A stretch of DNA of 64,000 bases from a virus (taxonomy: Duplodnaviria > Caudoviricetes), in IMG/VR virus record IMGVR_UViG_3300021962_008356, positions 1,446 to 65,445 of that record. One strand, given 5' to 3'. Made by a program: the position numbers and the translations under genes. Under the pieces are notes generated by a model, which was not told the DNA's origin, searched no databases, and worked only from the letters and a program-made list of their open reading frames with translations. The number at the start of each line of letters is the position of its first letter. The stretch's first letter is position 1. Shown here piece after piece: positions 9,114 to 19,906 of the stretch.

Positions 9114-11723
9114 ATGAATCGTAAACAAGTTATATATTTTGGTGCAGACGGTCCCAGCGGATATGCAAATGCTGCAAAAGGTTATATGTACGACCTTTTG
9201 CAGCATGATTGCGATGTGTATTTTGAACCAATCTCGGGTAGACGAATCAAAGATCGTACCCAGTTTGGATCTTACTTTTCCAAAAACCTCAAAAAGTTGC
9301 CATTGTTTGGTAGAAGTGACAAGCTACAAAACGCAGAAGTGGTGCTGCATATAGCTCCCGACATGTGGAGCAGGGTGGTCAACAAATACAAAGATCTGTT
9401 TGGTGATCGAAAAGTGATTGGTCGCACAGTGTGGGATTTTGATCCACTACCAGAATCTTGGGTTGCTGCAATCAATGAAAGCATTGTCAATGTTGTTAGC
9501 GTTCCCTCGGAATGGAACCGAGACGTGTTCATCAAATCTGGTGTTAAAAAAGAAGTGATAGTGGAACCTCACACGGTTCCAAACATTGAATACCAGAAAA
9601 TTGGTGTAATTGACACACTCAGCTTTGCCAAAATCTTCTCGCCGGTTTCTATTGATTTGAAACGCATCGAAAAGCGTGTCAAGTTTTTGAACATATCCAC
9701 AATGACCTCACGCAAAAACGTGATGTTTTTGTTGGAGAATTATTTGAACACGTTTGAATACGACGACGAAACTTTTTTGATCTTGAAGATAACGGATGCA
9801 CAATCCAATCTTCAAAAGATCGAATCTACGATACAAGAATGTATTGTCAAAAACATCAAAAACAAACCAACAACGTTTGCGTATGCCCCATTTGCATTGT
9901 TGACAGATGTGTTGGATTTTGATCATGTTCAAAGTTTGATGGATGGTTGCGACGTATATGTCAACGCATCAAAGGGCGAAGGCTTTAATCTACCATGTTA
10001 TATGGCTATGCAAAAAAGCAAACATATTGTTACGCCTTTGCATGGTGGTATGTTGGACTATTTGACTGGTTATGCCAAACTGTATCCCGTTGAATATAGA
10101 GTGGTCAATCTTGGTAGTGTTGACAATATTCAAACCAATACCAAGCTTTGGATTAATCTGTTGATGGAAGGTATTGATCTATCTTCTGATGATTTGACCA
10201 GTGCGCTAAAAGCGGCCCACACCGATTTAGTGTACAAGAAAGTCTACTTTGGTAAGCTTGAGCAGCATCATTTGCGCACAATCAACAAAGAAGATGGTGC
10301 TTTGTTTCCAGTCTTTTTCAAGAATGGTTGGTACGAAGAAAAACTGAATCAGGGTGTTTGGAGCAAAGGCAACTCTGAATTGGTTGTTGGCGGTGATGTT
10401 TACAAACTAGAGTTGATGGTCGAAGCCATACACTCCACCCCACTGAAATTAACCATCAATGATGAAGTGCATAACTTTGAGTTAAGCCGAGGAAATTATT
10501 CAATCAGACTCATCAACAAACGAGCCAAACATATCAAGATCGAAACCGAAACAGTTGGTGGTGAATTGATAAACCGTGCCGCAGACTCACAATACGGCAT
10601 AAAGATTGTAGAATTGTTTGTTAACGGAGTTCGTAATAAGACCAGTAGAATGGTCGTTCAACCGTTCAATTTTTCAGAATCTATATTGAGCACCAATTCA
10701 AACGTGTTTGACAAGTCGTATCATATAGATGAACAAGTCATAAACTCTTATAGGTATCCAAAAAAGCTTAACGTGGACCGCCACCCAAATCTTTTTTCAT
10801 ATCAACAAGGTTGGTCATTTGCGCAAAATTATTTGATGGCGTTGAACACTCCAAGTGGAGTGTATTGTGATCCATTTTTGGACTATACGTTTGGACCAAA
10901 AAAGAAACAAGGTATACTCAGAAAAACTATACCATATACCAAGCCATGGATAGGGTTTGTACATAATCCACCAAATATTCCAACGTGGCATACAGACGGT
11001 ACTTCAGAGTTTTGCAACATTTATCAAGACCCACACTTTTTGGCAAGCTTGAAAACATGTGTTGGTATTTTTACATTGAGTGAGTATCATGCTAAATATT
11101 TGCGTCAGTGTATCCCAAATGTGCCGATTGAATCGGTTTATCATCCAACACCAATTCCAAACACTCAGTTTGAGTTTGAAAAGTTCATAAGCAACAAAAA
11201 CAAAAAATTGATGTCCATCGGATGGTGGACAACAAGGCTTAATGCTTTATATACTATCAATACCACCGATTATCAGAAGGTTCGATTGTTGGCTGATGAC
11301 ACGTCCAAAGATACACTGGTGCAACTTGAAAACGTTGAAGCTGTGGTCAATAGCTATTCGATTGATCAAAAGCAAAAGAAATCGGTGCAAGACTTGCCGT
11401 ATACTACGGTTCAAGAATACGATACATTGTTGTCGGAAAACGTGGTGTATATGGATCATTACGACTCTAGCTCCAATAGTGTTTTGGTGGATTGTATTGC
11501 CAGAGGAACGCCAATCTTTGTCAATAGGCTTCCAGCAATTGTGGAGTATTTGGGAGAAGGATATCCACTATACATTGATAGCCAATATGATCTAGAAAAC
11601 AAGCTCAAAGATTTTGATTTGATCCGTCGTGGGCATTTATATCTTCGCTCCAACAGATACAAAATTGAAATCGGACATTTTTTGGATCAGATTGTAAGCT
11701 CAAAGATTTACAAGAGTCTATGA
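9114..11723 (+). CDS. multidomain glycosyltransferase (GT4-like + beta-sandwich + second GT-like domain)
   Basis: SGYANAAKG, SKGEGFNLP; central GWY..E..W module; C-terminal WIGFVHNPP...SSNSVLVDCIARGTP...EYLGEGYPLY. Confidence 0.8.
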   Translation: MNRKQVIYFGADGPSGYANAAKGYMYDLLQHDCDVYFEPISGRRIKDRTQFGSYFSKNLKKLPLFGRSDKLQNAEVVLHIAPDMWSRVVNKYKDLFGDRKVIGRTVWDFDPLPESWVAAINESIVNVVSVPSEWNRDVFIKSGVKKEVIVEPHTVPNIEYQKIGVIDTLSFAKIFSPVSIDLKRIEKRVKFLNISTMTSRKNVMFLLENYLNTFEYDDETFLILKITDAQSNLQKIESTIQECIVKNIKNKPTTFAYAPFALLTDVLDFDHVQSLMDGCDVYVNASKGEGFNLPCYMAMQKSKHIVTPLHGGMLDYLTGYAKLYPVEYRVVNLGSVDNIQTNTKLWINLLMEGIDLSSDDLTSALKAAHTDLVYKKVYFGKLEQHHLRTINKEDGALFPVFFKNGWYEEKLNQGVWSKGNSELVVGGDVYKLELMVEAIHSTPLKLTINDEVHNFELSRGNYSIRLINKRAKHIKIETETVGGELINRAADSQYGIKIVELFVNGVRNKTSRMVVQPFNFSESILSTNSNVFDKSYHIDEQVINSYRYPKKLNVDRHPNLFSYQQGWSFAQNYLMALNTPSGVYCDPFLDYTFGPKKKQGILRKTIPYTKPWIGFVHNPPNIPTWHTDGTSEFCNIYQDPHFLASLKTCVGIFTLSEYHAKYLRQCIPNVPIESVYHPTPIPNTQFEFEKFISNKNKKLMSIGWWTTRLNALYTINTTDYQKVRLLADDTSKDTLVQLENVEAVVNSYSIDQKQKKSVQDLPYTTVQEYDTLLSENVVYMDHYDSSSNSVLVDCIARGTPIFVNRLPAIVEYLGEGYPLYIDSQYDLENKLKDFDLIRRGHLYLRSNRYKIEIGHFLDQIVSSKIYKSL

Positions 11724-12304
11724 ACAAAACTTTGCATTACGCAGCATCATTATCAAAAGATATAGACGCCCCATATTTGCTGGATGTGTGTGAGTTTGGT
11801 GTTGCTGAAGGTCGCACAATGCGACAACTACGAGCAGCATACTCACTAGAATCAACGCCTACTATTTATGGTTTTGATTCCTTTCATGGTTTACCAGAAG
11901 ATTGGACTGGAGCCAGATGTCACGATGGTCAAGGAGAAGAAATGAAAAAGGGAAGATTCTCCACGAACGGTGTGGTGCCACAGATCGACAACGTGGTATT
12001 TTACAAAGGATTGTTCAGTGACACCCTACCAGAGTATCTCAAGGTTGCAAGACCAATCAAGTTGTGTCATGTGGATTGTGATTTGTATTCGTCAACCAAA
12101 GATGTGTTATATACTCTCAATCATCTGATACTACCAGGTACAATTTTGTGTTTCGATGAATGGTATTATAATGGACTAGACATCGAAGAAAATCGTCAAC
12201 ATGAGCAAAAGTGTTTTTATGAATGGGTCAAAGATCACAACAGAAACTACATTTTGTTCAATGAAATTGACGTGTTTCGAAAAATTGTGTTGATCACCAA
12301 ATAG
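11720..12304 (+). CDS. TylF/MycF-like sugar O-methyltransferase
   Basis: EFGV..G, GFDSFHGLP, KGLFSDTL, HVDCDLYSST, FDEW. Confidence 0.85.
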   Translation: MNKTLHYAASLSKDIDAPYLLDVCEFGVAEGRTMRQLRAAYSLESTPTIYGFDSFHGLPEDWTGARCHDGQGEEMKKGRFSTNGVVPQIDNVVFYKGLFSDTLPEYLKVARPIKLCHVDCDLYSSTKDVLYTLNHLILPGTILCFDEWYYNGLDIEENRQHEQKCFYEWVKDHNRNYILFNEIDVFRKIVLITK

Positions 12305-12374
12305 TCAGCATAAATATAATTAACGTAGAAACACAACGTCAACATAGTTAAATTAGGATATAGCATAGTATAGT

Positions 12375-12818
12375 ATGAACACAACTAAAACACTAAAAAT
12401 TAGACAGCCATTTTATGTCAAATACGTCGCAGCAATCAAGCGTTTAGCTCGCAGCATATCTCTCATCAAAAATGTGCGTAAACTAGAACGAGTGTCCGAC
12501 ACATGGTACGGACTTGAATTTGCAAACGATGCACCATTTCGTTGGTCACATCCTATTGCAAAACTGAGCGTAAAAAATTTGCCACAAGTTGTGTTGAGGC
12601 TTAGTGATCCGTTGGGTCGAGAGGTTACAATTCTGTCCAAAGAAATCAATCACACAATCAAGCTGTTTCCTGGTGAGACCTATGAATTGGTGCTCAGCAC
12701 CCATGATGCCGAAGAAATCACGATTCGCACTGATCCGTTCAATCCAGAAAACGATACTAGATCGTTGGGTCTACAATATTATCACATTTCTACGGAGCAG
12801 TGTGTTGTTTTGAATTGA
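12375..12818 (+). CDS. small beta-sandwich protein (paralog of 14245..14670)
   Basis: WYGLE...FRWS...PENDTRSLG. Confidence 0.65.
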   Translation: MNTTKTLKIRQPFYVKYVAAIKRLARSISLIKNVRKLERVSDTWYGLEFANDAPFRWSHPIAKLSVKNLPQVVLRLSDPLGREVTILSKEINHTIKLFPGETYELVLSTHDAEEITIRTDPFNPENDTRSLGLQYYHISTEQCVVLN

Positions 12819-12819
12819 T

Positions 12820-14238
12820 ATGGAGCGATACAATCAAAATAAAGTTGATTTTCTTCGTGAGCGAAGCAATTCGTTGGTGGTAATATCCAAGGATAAAACC
12901 ATTCTTGATAGACTAACATCCGAAGCAGATGTTGAGATTTATTTGATTGATGATATGGAGTCGTTGAATGGTATTGGTATCTACAACGAACTTGTCAAGA
13001 AGATTGGAAAAACGTTTGTATTTGTCAACAGCAGCTTTGAAGAAACCAAATTTTTGAAGTTTGTTGTGAATCGAACGTTGAACGTCTTTGAAAAGGAAAA
13101 GATATTTTGCAACATCGTCATTTATCCAAAATACGACTTTCCTAAAAAAGAAACATTGAAGCGCATTTCAATGATCAAGTTGTTCAATCGCTCAAACATT
13201 GAGTTGTTGCCGATTGACAGTGTGTTTTATGTGGGTCAGTATGGTACGTCTGGTTATGCCAGTGCAGCAAAAGGTTATGTGGCTGAGTATGTTGTCAAGG
13301 GTGTGCCAATTTGTTGGCAGACGTTGAGGTTCGACAGTAGCAAGCTAGATACCACAAACTATGTGAATGCTTTGGCTGAAAGTGCCATGAACCGCACATT
13401 GGCAAGCAAAGATCAAATCACACTACACAGTACCCCAGACTTGTGGCCTGAATTTATACGAACATATGAATGCTCCAAGTACAAACGTGTTGTGGGATAC
13501 TGTGCTTGGGAAAGTAGCAAGCTGCCTTCTAAATGGGTGGATTGTATCAACATGCTACCAGAAGTGTGGGTACCATCCTACTATAACAAAGAGGTGTATG
13601 AAAAATGCGGAGTAAAAAGCAAAGTAGAGGTTGTACCGCACGTTTGGTTTGATCAAAAACTACCACCAAAAGAAAGCATCAATATTACAGACTGTTTTGG
13701 CACAGAACTTAGCAAGACCAAATATACCTTTTACAGTATTGGTGAGTTGACTGCTCGAAAAAGTATTGAGGAGTTGGTCAAAGTATTTGACAAGCTGAAC
13801 GATAAGTATCAAAATACACAGTTGTTGTTGAAGGTACACTACAAAGACTATACCATCAACAACATCAATTACATCGTAAACAAAATTAATTCCTTGACAA
13901 ACAAGCTGGGTAAGAGTATACACTTGTTGTTGATGAATCTGAATGAGCGAGAAATGTTGAGCTTGCACAGCTTTGGTGACTGCTATGTCAGTTTGACAAA
14001 ATCAGAAGGATTTGGATTGACCATCTTTGAAGCGTTTCATCTAAAAAAAGATGTTATTGCAACGGGATATAGTGGTCACATCGACTTTTTGGGCAAAGAC
14101 CATCCTGGGTTGGTGAACTATAAAATTGGATCAATTCAAGGTATGGAAACGTTCAGTGCTAATTATACTAGCGATCAAGAATGGGCATATCCAGATTTGG
14201 ACCATACTTATTCTCTAATGGAATCAAAAATCAAATAA
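12820..14238 (+). CDS. GT4-like glycosyltransferase
   Basis: YGTSGYASAAKG, WESSKLP, RKSIE, SEGFGLTIFEA, WAYPDL. Confidence 0.9.
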   Translation: MERYNQNKVDFLRERSNSLVVISKDKTILDRLTSEADVEIYLIDDMESLNGIGIYNELVKKIGKTFVFVNSSFEETKFLKFVVNRTLNVFEKEKIFCNIVIYPKYDFPKKETLKRISMIKLFNRSNIELLPIDSVFYVGQYGTSGYASAAKGYVAEYVVKGVPICWQTLRFDSSKLDTTNYVNALAESAMNRTLASKDQITLHSTPDLWPEFIRTYECSKYKRVVGYCAWESSKLPSKWVDCINMLPEVWVPSYYNKEVYEKCGVKSKVEVVPHVWFDQKLPPKESINITDCFGTELSKTKYTFYSIGELTARKSIEELVKVFDKLNDKYQNTQLLLKVHYKDYTINNINYIVNKINSLTNKLGKSIHLLLMNLNEREMLSLHSFGDCYVSLTKSEGFGLTIFEAFHLKKDVIATGYSGHIDFLGKDHPGLVNYKIGSIQGMETFSANYTSDQEWAYPDLDHTYSLMESKIK

Positions 14239-14244
14239 AAAGTT

Positions 14245-14670
14245 ATGGATGACGCAATCATTATTAATCAGCCATTTTTTAATCGACTACGCAATCTACT
14301 TTCGATGAAGTCGTTTAACAGTGCCAGCACACTCACACTTACTGGTACCGATTGGCACGAAACCGAAAAAGATCTAGACGGAAATAAGTTTCGCTGGTCT
14401 TTTCCAAAAACACAGATACAATACGAGAACATATCAGCACTAAGAATCAAGCTGGTGTGCCCAATCGGTAGAGAGATAAAAATATATAATGACAAAGTGA
14501 GTTATACACAAAAGCTTACACCAAACAAACCCTATATATTCATAGTCAATACTGTGGGTACTACATATCTGAACATTGAAACAGATGCGTATATGCCAGA
14601 AAATGACACCCGACAATTGGGATTGTGTTTTTCTCAAGTGTGCGAACATCCTAGTCTATCCTGTTTATAA
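14245..14670 (+). CDS. small beta-sandwich protein
   Basis: WHETE...FRWS...PENDTRQLG. Confidence 0.65.
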   Translation: MDDAIIINQPFFNRLRNLLSMKSFNSASTLTLTGTDWHETEKDLDGNKFRWSFPKTQIQYENISALRIKLVCPIGREIKIYNDKVSYTQKLTPNKPYIFIVNTVGTTYLNIETDAYMPENDTRQLGLCFSQVCEHPSLSCL

Positions 14671-14671
14671 A

Positions 14672-15715
14672 ATGAAAAAAATTCTATACCTGTCATGTCA
14701 CTGCGTTTTGGAATACGATGAACTGCGCATTCTACACGATCTGGGTTATGATGTGTTTACAAATGACGCATATCATCGTCCACGCACTCCAGTAGTGAAT
14801 CGCCGTCCACCAGTCGATATTCCCGACAAACCAGATTATCTAAAGCTGTTTTATGATATGTGTCATACCAACAGCTTGAATCCCAACGTCAAGCCAGAGC
14901 AATACAACAATTTGCTCACCGATGAAATTATTGATGCGTTTGATACTTTCATCATCATGCACTTACCAAGATTTGTTGAACAAAATTGGGACAAGCTCAA
15001 GGCAAAAGGCAAGACTGTAATTTGGCGTACTATTGGTCAGTCTACTCCAGATGTTGAAGCCAAGATGCTACGATATCGTGAAGAAGGCATGAAGATTGTG
15101 CGCTATAGTCCAAAGGAACGTGAGTTGCCACACTATGCTGGTGAAGACACCATCATTCGTTTTGCCAAGTACGAGTCTGATTATCTTCCTTACGTTGGTG
15201 ATCAAAACTATGTCATGACGTTTGGACAAAACGTAATTGGTCGTGGAGATCATTGCCGATACGATTTGATTCGTACCGTAGCAAAAGATTTCAATTTCAA
15301 GTTGTTTGGTCCAGGCAACGCCGAAGCACCTATGGCATATGGCGAAGTTGATTACTCAACTCAGCTACTTGAGTTGAGCAAAAACAAAGCCTACTTGTAT
15401 AGTGGAACTTGGCCTGCTTCATATACTCTCAATTTCATGGAAGCATGGATGAGCGGTATTCCAGTTGCAGCACTGGGCACTGAATTGGCTAGTAAGGTTG
15501 GACCTTTCCCATACGAGGTTAGTGAGTTGATCAAGCATGGCGAAACTGGCTTTTGCAGCAACAATATTAAAGAACTCAAGGAGTGCATCCGAGAAGTGAT
15601 GATTGATTCAAAGCTAAGACAACGCATCAGCGAAAATGGTAAAAAAGCTGCATCCGCAATCTTTGGTGCAGAATCCATCAAACCACAATGGAAGGCATTT
15701 ATTGATAGTATCTGA
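14672..15715 (+). CDS. GT4-like glycosyltransferase
   Basis: FMEAWMSGIP, ELIKHGETGF, ISENGKK; start moved to ATG 14672. Confidence 0.85.
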   Translation: MKKILYLSCHCVLEYDELRILHDLGYDVFTNDAYHRPRTPVVNRRPPVDIPDKPDYLKLFYDMCHTNSLNPNVKPEQYNNLLTDEIIDAFDTFIIMHLPRFVEQNWDKLKAKGKTVIWRTIGQSTPDVEAKMLRYREEGMKIVRYSPKERELPHYAGEDTIIRFAKYESDYLPYVGDQNYVMTFGQNVIGRGDHCRYDLIRTVAKDFNFKLFGPGNAEAPMAYGEVDYSTQLLELSKNKAYLYSGTWPASYTLNFMEAWMSGIPVAALGTELASKVGPFPYEVSELIKHGETGFCSNNIKELKECIREVMIDSKLRQRISENGKKAASAIFGAESIKPQWKAFIDSI

Positions 15716-15717
15716 CT

Positions 15718-16872
15718 ATGAAAGTATTCTGTGATTTTCACCACCGTGACTTGGTTAATTCCATGTATCACCTGTTTGAAAAACGAATGGGTGCTGAAGT
15801 GTATGTGCCTTGGGGTATGGATTATTATCACCAAGGCTACTGGCGAATCGTAGACACAAACATCGACGATGTTGCGCAGCAGTTTTTGTTGAATACCTTT
15901 ATTGATGGGCCGATGCAAAAATCAACCATCAATGATGGCGTGGTATCAATAGAAACCACCGACGGCAAGCTTCCATTCAAAGGAATGGATTTCAACACGT
16001 TCTGTAAAACAAAGTTTGACATCATCATAGCAACTGTGCCAGCGCACATTCCGTTGTATATGAAGTTGCAACAAGATCATCAACCTCAAGCCAAGTTTAT
16101 TTTCCAAGCTGGCAACAATTGGGGTAATATTGACACCGACATTCCAAACTTTTTGAATAGCACAACTTATACGTTTGTTGCGGGATCAAATATTCACGGC
16201 AACACAATGTCTTCGTTGTTCAAAAAGTATCAAAAAAAGGAGTTGTACAAAGGACTGCATAAGATATATCAAAACCGTCGCACTGGAAAAAAGTGCAACA
16301 TGGTGTATTTTCATCCAGAATTTGATCTGAATATTTTCAAGAACAACAACGATATCAAAAACATCAAGAGTATCAGCAATATTCGTCACACTTGCAATAC
16401 TCTTGGTGGATTGTATGAATTGGAACGTAGATTACCAGATTGGAATATCAAAGCATATGGTATTAACAATCGTGATGGTGAGCTACCTACTGATCAAGAC
16501 ATTGCCAGAGTTATGAACGAGTCTGGATTCATTTATCACGTCAAGCCTGTTGGTGATGGTTATGGATACAATATTCATCAAACCTATGCTGTTGGGTCGA
16601 TACTGATTACTGATAGCACACACATGTGTAGTGGTGGCAATCCAGAAGAATGGTTTACTTCGCAGTTGTTATTGGATACTGAGAACTACAATACCACTCC
16701 TACCTTTGTTGATTGGAGCAGATACAATTACGACAGTTTAGTGAACCGGCTCAAATGGGCAGCAGACAACTATCCAACGCTGCAACAAAACGCAATGAAT
16801 AAATTTAAGGAAGTCGTTGATTTTGATGAAGAGTTTCAAAAGATCCGAGTATTTATTGAAAGACTAATATGA
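15718..16872 (+). CDS. GT-B glycosyltransferase-like
   Basis: DFHH, HVKPVGDGYGYNIHQTYAVG; paralog of next gene. Confidence 0.7.
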   Translation: MKVFCDFHHRDLVNSMYHLFEKRMGAEVYVPWGMDYYHQGYWRIVDTNIDDVAQQFLLNTFIDGPMQKSTINDGVVSIETTDGKLPFKGMDFNTFCKTKFDIIIATVPAHIPLYMKLQQDHQPQAKFIFQAGNNWGNIDTDIPNFLNSTTYTFVAGSNIHGNTMSSLFKKYQKKELYKGLHKIYQNRRTGKKCNMVYFHPEFDLNIFKNNNDIKNIKSISNIRHTCNTLGGLYELERRLPDWNIKAYGINNRDGELPTDQDIARVMNESGFIYHVKPVGDGYGYNIHQTYAVGSILITDSTHMCSGGNPEEWFTSQLLLDTENYNTTPTFVDWSRYNYDSLVNRLKWAADNYPTLQQNAMNKFKEVVDFDEEFQKIRVFIERLI

Positions 16873-17864
16873 ACATTCTTGTTGATTATCACCACATATC
16901 CTTACTTAGATCCATTTATATACTATTTCGAGAACGCTTTCAATACAACTTGGAAATACCATGTGGTTGGGATTGGTATTATGACGGATCACTGTATAGT
17001 TCATATGCTCCTGAAGTTGGTGCGTACACTATCGCACCAGAATTCAACAATGCTTATTTCAAGCAATATCTGCCTGATCTAAAACCAGGCACGTTTGAAA
17101 AGTTCAAAAGCAATCACTATGACGTAGTTGTTTGTACTTTGCTGGAAAACTACGAATCTTGGAAAACACTGATTCGACATTACAACCTCAAAGCCAAGGT
17201 TGTATTTCAAATTGGTAACAATATTCCACTGTGGGCACAACCATCAAAGTTTGAAAACATACTTTCTAGCTCATGGCCATGCTATGTTCAATATCCTTGC
17301 AAAAACAAAGTATTTTATCATCAAGAATTTGATACAAAATTGTTCACACAAAAGTTGGACTGTAATCGTAAGAGCATAGGCAATTTGCAACACTTCATGC
17401 AAATGCCAGATTTGTTTTATGGTTTGGAAAAGAACATGCCAGACTATACATTCTATGCACACGGAGCAGGCAACCGAGATGGTATGATTCCAAACGGTGA
17501 GCAAGAAATGAGTGAGCATGTCAAAAATCTTGGCTTTTTGTTTCACTGCAAGGTTGTAGATGAAGGATATGGTCACAACGTACACAATGCATTTGCTTGC
17601 GGCAAACCAGTTATTACAGACAGCAGTCACATGGGTGTGGATTGGAATGGTTGGATTGGTAACACAGCATCGTTGATGTTTGAAGATGGTAAAACCATCA
17701 TTGATGTCAACGGCAAAACCATCGCAGAGGTTGAAGCAGAAATCCGCCGCATGGTCGAAAACTACGAAGAAGTTAGCAACTATATCATCAAGAAGTTTCA
17801 GACTGTTTGCAACTTTGATGAGGAGTTTTACGCAATTAAATCATTTATGTCAAATCTTGTATGA
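16869..17864 (+). CDS. GT-B glycosyltransferase-like
   Basis: DYHH, HCKVVDEGYGHNVHNAFACGKPVI. Confidence 0.75.
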   Translation: MNILVDYHHISLLRSIYILFRERFQYNLEIPCGWDWYYDGSLYSSYAPEVGAYTIAPEFNNAYFKQYLPDLKPGTFEKFKSNHYDVVVCTLLENYESWKTLIRHYNLKAKVVFQIGNNIPLWAQPSKFENILSSSWPCYVQYPCKNKVFYHQEFDTKLFTQKLDCNRKSIGNLQHFMQMPDLFYGLEKNMPDYTFYAHGAGNRDGMIPNGEQEMSEHVKNLGFLFHCKVVDEGYGHNVHNAFACGKPVITDSSHMGVDWNGWIGNTASLMFEDGKTIIDVNGKTIAEVEAEIRRMVENYEEVSNYIIKKFQTVCNFDEEFYAIKSFMSNLV

Positions 17865-19000
17865 GCAACAGAGAAATCTCCCTAATTCTACCCGCTACTG
17901 GCGATCCACTGATTCTTCACTACTGGTTGGAGAATCTAAAGACATATCGCCATTTGGTCAGCAATGTGTTTATCTCTATCGACACCATGGGCAAACTCGA
18001 CCCTATGGAGTATTTGTTTATTGAGAATCACATCCGTCGTCAAGTTTCAAGACATCCTGGTATCCGAGAAAACATCAATTTTTTGTTGCATCAGCATGGT
18101 CACAACATCAACAATCTACTAGAAAAGTTTGGCCCAGATCTGAAAGAAAACATTTTGTTGATGGAAGAAGATGATTACATTCTCAATCCAGATCAACTCA
18201 AGAAAGCTATTGATACCCATTTCAACGACAACTATGACGTAACTGGTTATAGCCGTGGAAGTTGCTCTGAGTTTATTACTCAAAAAACAGCAGAGCTTGT
18301 AAACAATCGCAGCGATTTGTATGTGCATCGACCAAACCGAGAACTAAACGGTGAGTTCAATTTTTGGCCTACATTGCTATTGCTGCGCAAAGAGTTGTTG
18401 ATGAAGTCGTCCAGAAATTTTTGTGCTAGACACTGGTACAAAGGTGAGACCATCAAGTTCTGGGATAAAGAATACACATTGACAGAAGAATGTGCTGGCG
18501 ACACTTTGGTATCATACTCGCTTGAGCTATACAATAATCCATCGGTTAAAAGAATGCATATGCTTGGTGATGTGTATCACAGCCGATTGGAGGATTCGTT
18601 TGCCATTCCGCCAATACTGTCAACATCCATCAACTTTCATGTGGGCTCAATGTCCACAGTTCTCGCCAATAGGTTTTGGAAGCCATATACATCATTGGAT
18701 CATCATGGGTATATCCAATTTTTGCGAGACATAAAAAAAGGTCCAGACCAAGCTTCGTATCATCATACGTTGATTGAATACTATCGTAGACTGTGTTTGT
18801 TGCAGCAAATGTTGTATGCGTTGAAGAATCCAAAGAATTTTGAGTTCTTTATCAACTACGAAAAAAACATTTTTGACACATTGGAGCTTATTGAATCGGA
18901 TCATGATCTGGACAGCATATTTCCAACGTTTGGCATACAATGTATTGCAAATGGATTTGATGTGTCGGTATATTCTCAATTGTTCAAAAAAATGATATGA
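17861..19000 (+). CDS. GT-A (GT2-like) glycosyltransferase
   Basis: SLILPATG, HG..IN, LLMEEDDY, FWP. Confidence 0.6.
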   Translation: MSNREISLILPATGDPLILHYWLENLKTYRHLVSNVFISIDTMGKLDPMEYLFIENHIRRQVSRHPGIRENINFLLHQHGHNINNLLEKFGPDLKENILLMEEDDYILNPDQLKKAIDTHFNDNYDVTGYSRGSCSEFITQKTAELVNNRSDLYVHRPNRELNGEFNFWPTLLLLRKELLMKSSRNFCARHWYKGETIKFWDKEYTLTEECAGDTLVSYSLELYNNPSVKRMHMLGDVYHSRLEDSFAIPPILSTSINFHVGSMSTVLANRFWKPYTSLDHHGYIQFLRDIKKGPDQASYHHTLIEYYRRLCLLQQMLYALKNPKNFEFFINYEKNIFDTLELIESDHDLDSIFPTFGIQCIANGFDVSVYSQLFKKMI

Positions 19001-19890
19001 ACAAGGTTGATATAATAATCATAGCGTTTGCTGAGTTTGACAGTCCTATTACAAGGGATTTCATTCATCGTTATTATGACAAGTTCAACAAAATCAGCTA
19101 TGTTGTCAACGTCAATCACAATGGTTTGAATGACTCGGAAAAGAAATATGTTGAGTTCATTTCAAACGACTTGAAAAACAAAGCTGACGTGGTACTTCAT
19201 CAACTTGATGGTAGTATACCTCATGATTGGCGCAGCGAGCCATTGGTCAAACTAATCAATAAATCAACAGCAGATTATGTATACAGCATCGAACCAGATT
19301 TTGTTGGTGATTGGGACAAGATCGTGGATGTAATGCTCAACGGTACACACAGTTTGTTTACAAATTACACAGCACATCAAAACGGTGCAGTTAGATTGTG
19401 GCCTAGTTTTTGGGGGTGTAAAATTGACTTGCTAAAAAAGGTTGACATGAACTTTTCATCCATGCCTGATGACCGAGTTCTAAACTTGTATGGAGTGTCA
19501 TACAACAAGATGTTGACATACGAGCCATCATTTGTGTTGTCAAGAGACAATGACTTTTCAGAACCAAGCAACATACTCAACAACAAAAAGTTGTGTGTGC
19601 GAACAGTGAATGTTCCATCTTATGATCATTTTGATTATGTGTCAACTCAGATCGTTGACATGGTTGGTGACGATGGAAAAGAAGTTTTGTTGCTTAACCG
19701 AATGTCGGACATTTGGTGGGAACACATTACTGGTATTACGTTTGATTTCATTTCAATACATAAAGAAGGCAAAACAACAAGATCTTCCAAGGTTTACAAG
19801 AAATTTTATGACCTATGTATGAAATGCAACGTCAACTTTTTTGATGGTTGGTTAAAAGTTTCAAACATGATACTTGATCAAAACAACTAG
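18997..19890 (+). CDS. putative GT-A glycosyltransferase
   Basis: VDIII, DWR, YVYSIEPDF, LWPSFW; operon context. Confidence 0.5.
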   Translation: MNKVDIIIIAFAEFDSPITRDFIHRYYDKFNKISYVVNVNHNGLNDSEKKYVEFISNDLKNKADVVLHQLDGSIPHDWRSEPLVKLINKSTADYVYSIEPDFVGDWDKIVDVMLNGTHSLFTNYTAHQNGAVRLWPSFWGCKIDLLKKVDMNFSSMPDDRVLNLYGVSYNKMLTYEPSFVLSRDNDFSEPSNILNNKKLCVRTVNVPSYDHFDYVSTQIVDMVGDDGKEVLLLNRMSDIWWEHITGITFDFISIHKEGKTTRSSKVYKKFYDLCMKCNVNFFDGWLKVSNMILDQNN

Positions 19891-19906
19891 TTTTTATTTT
19901 TACAAT

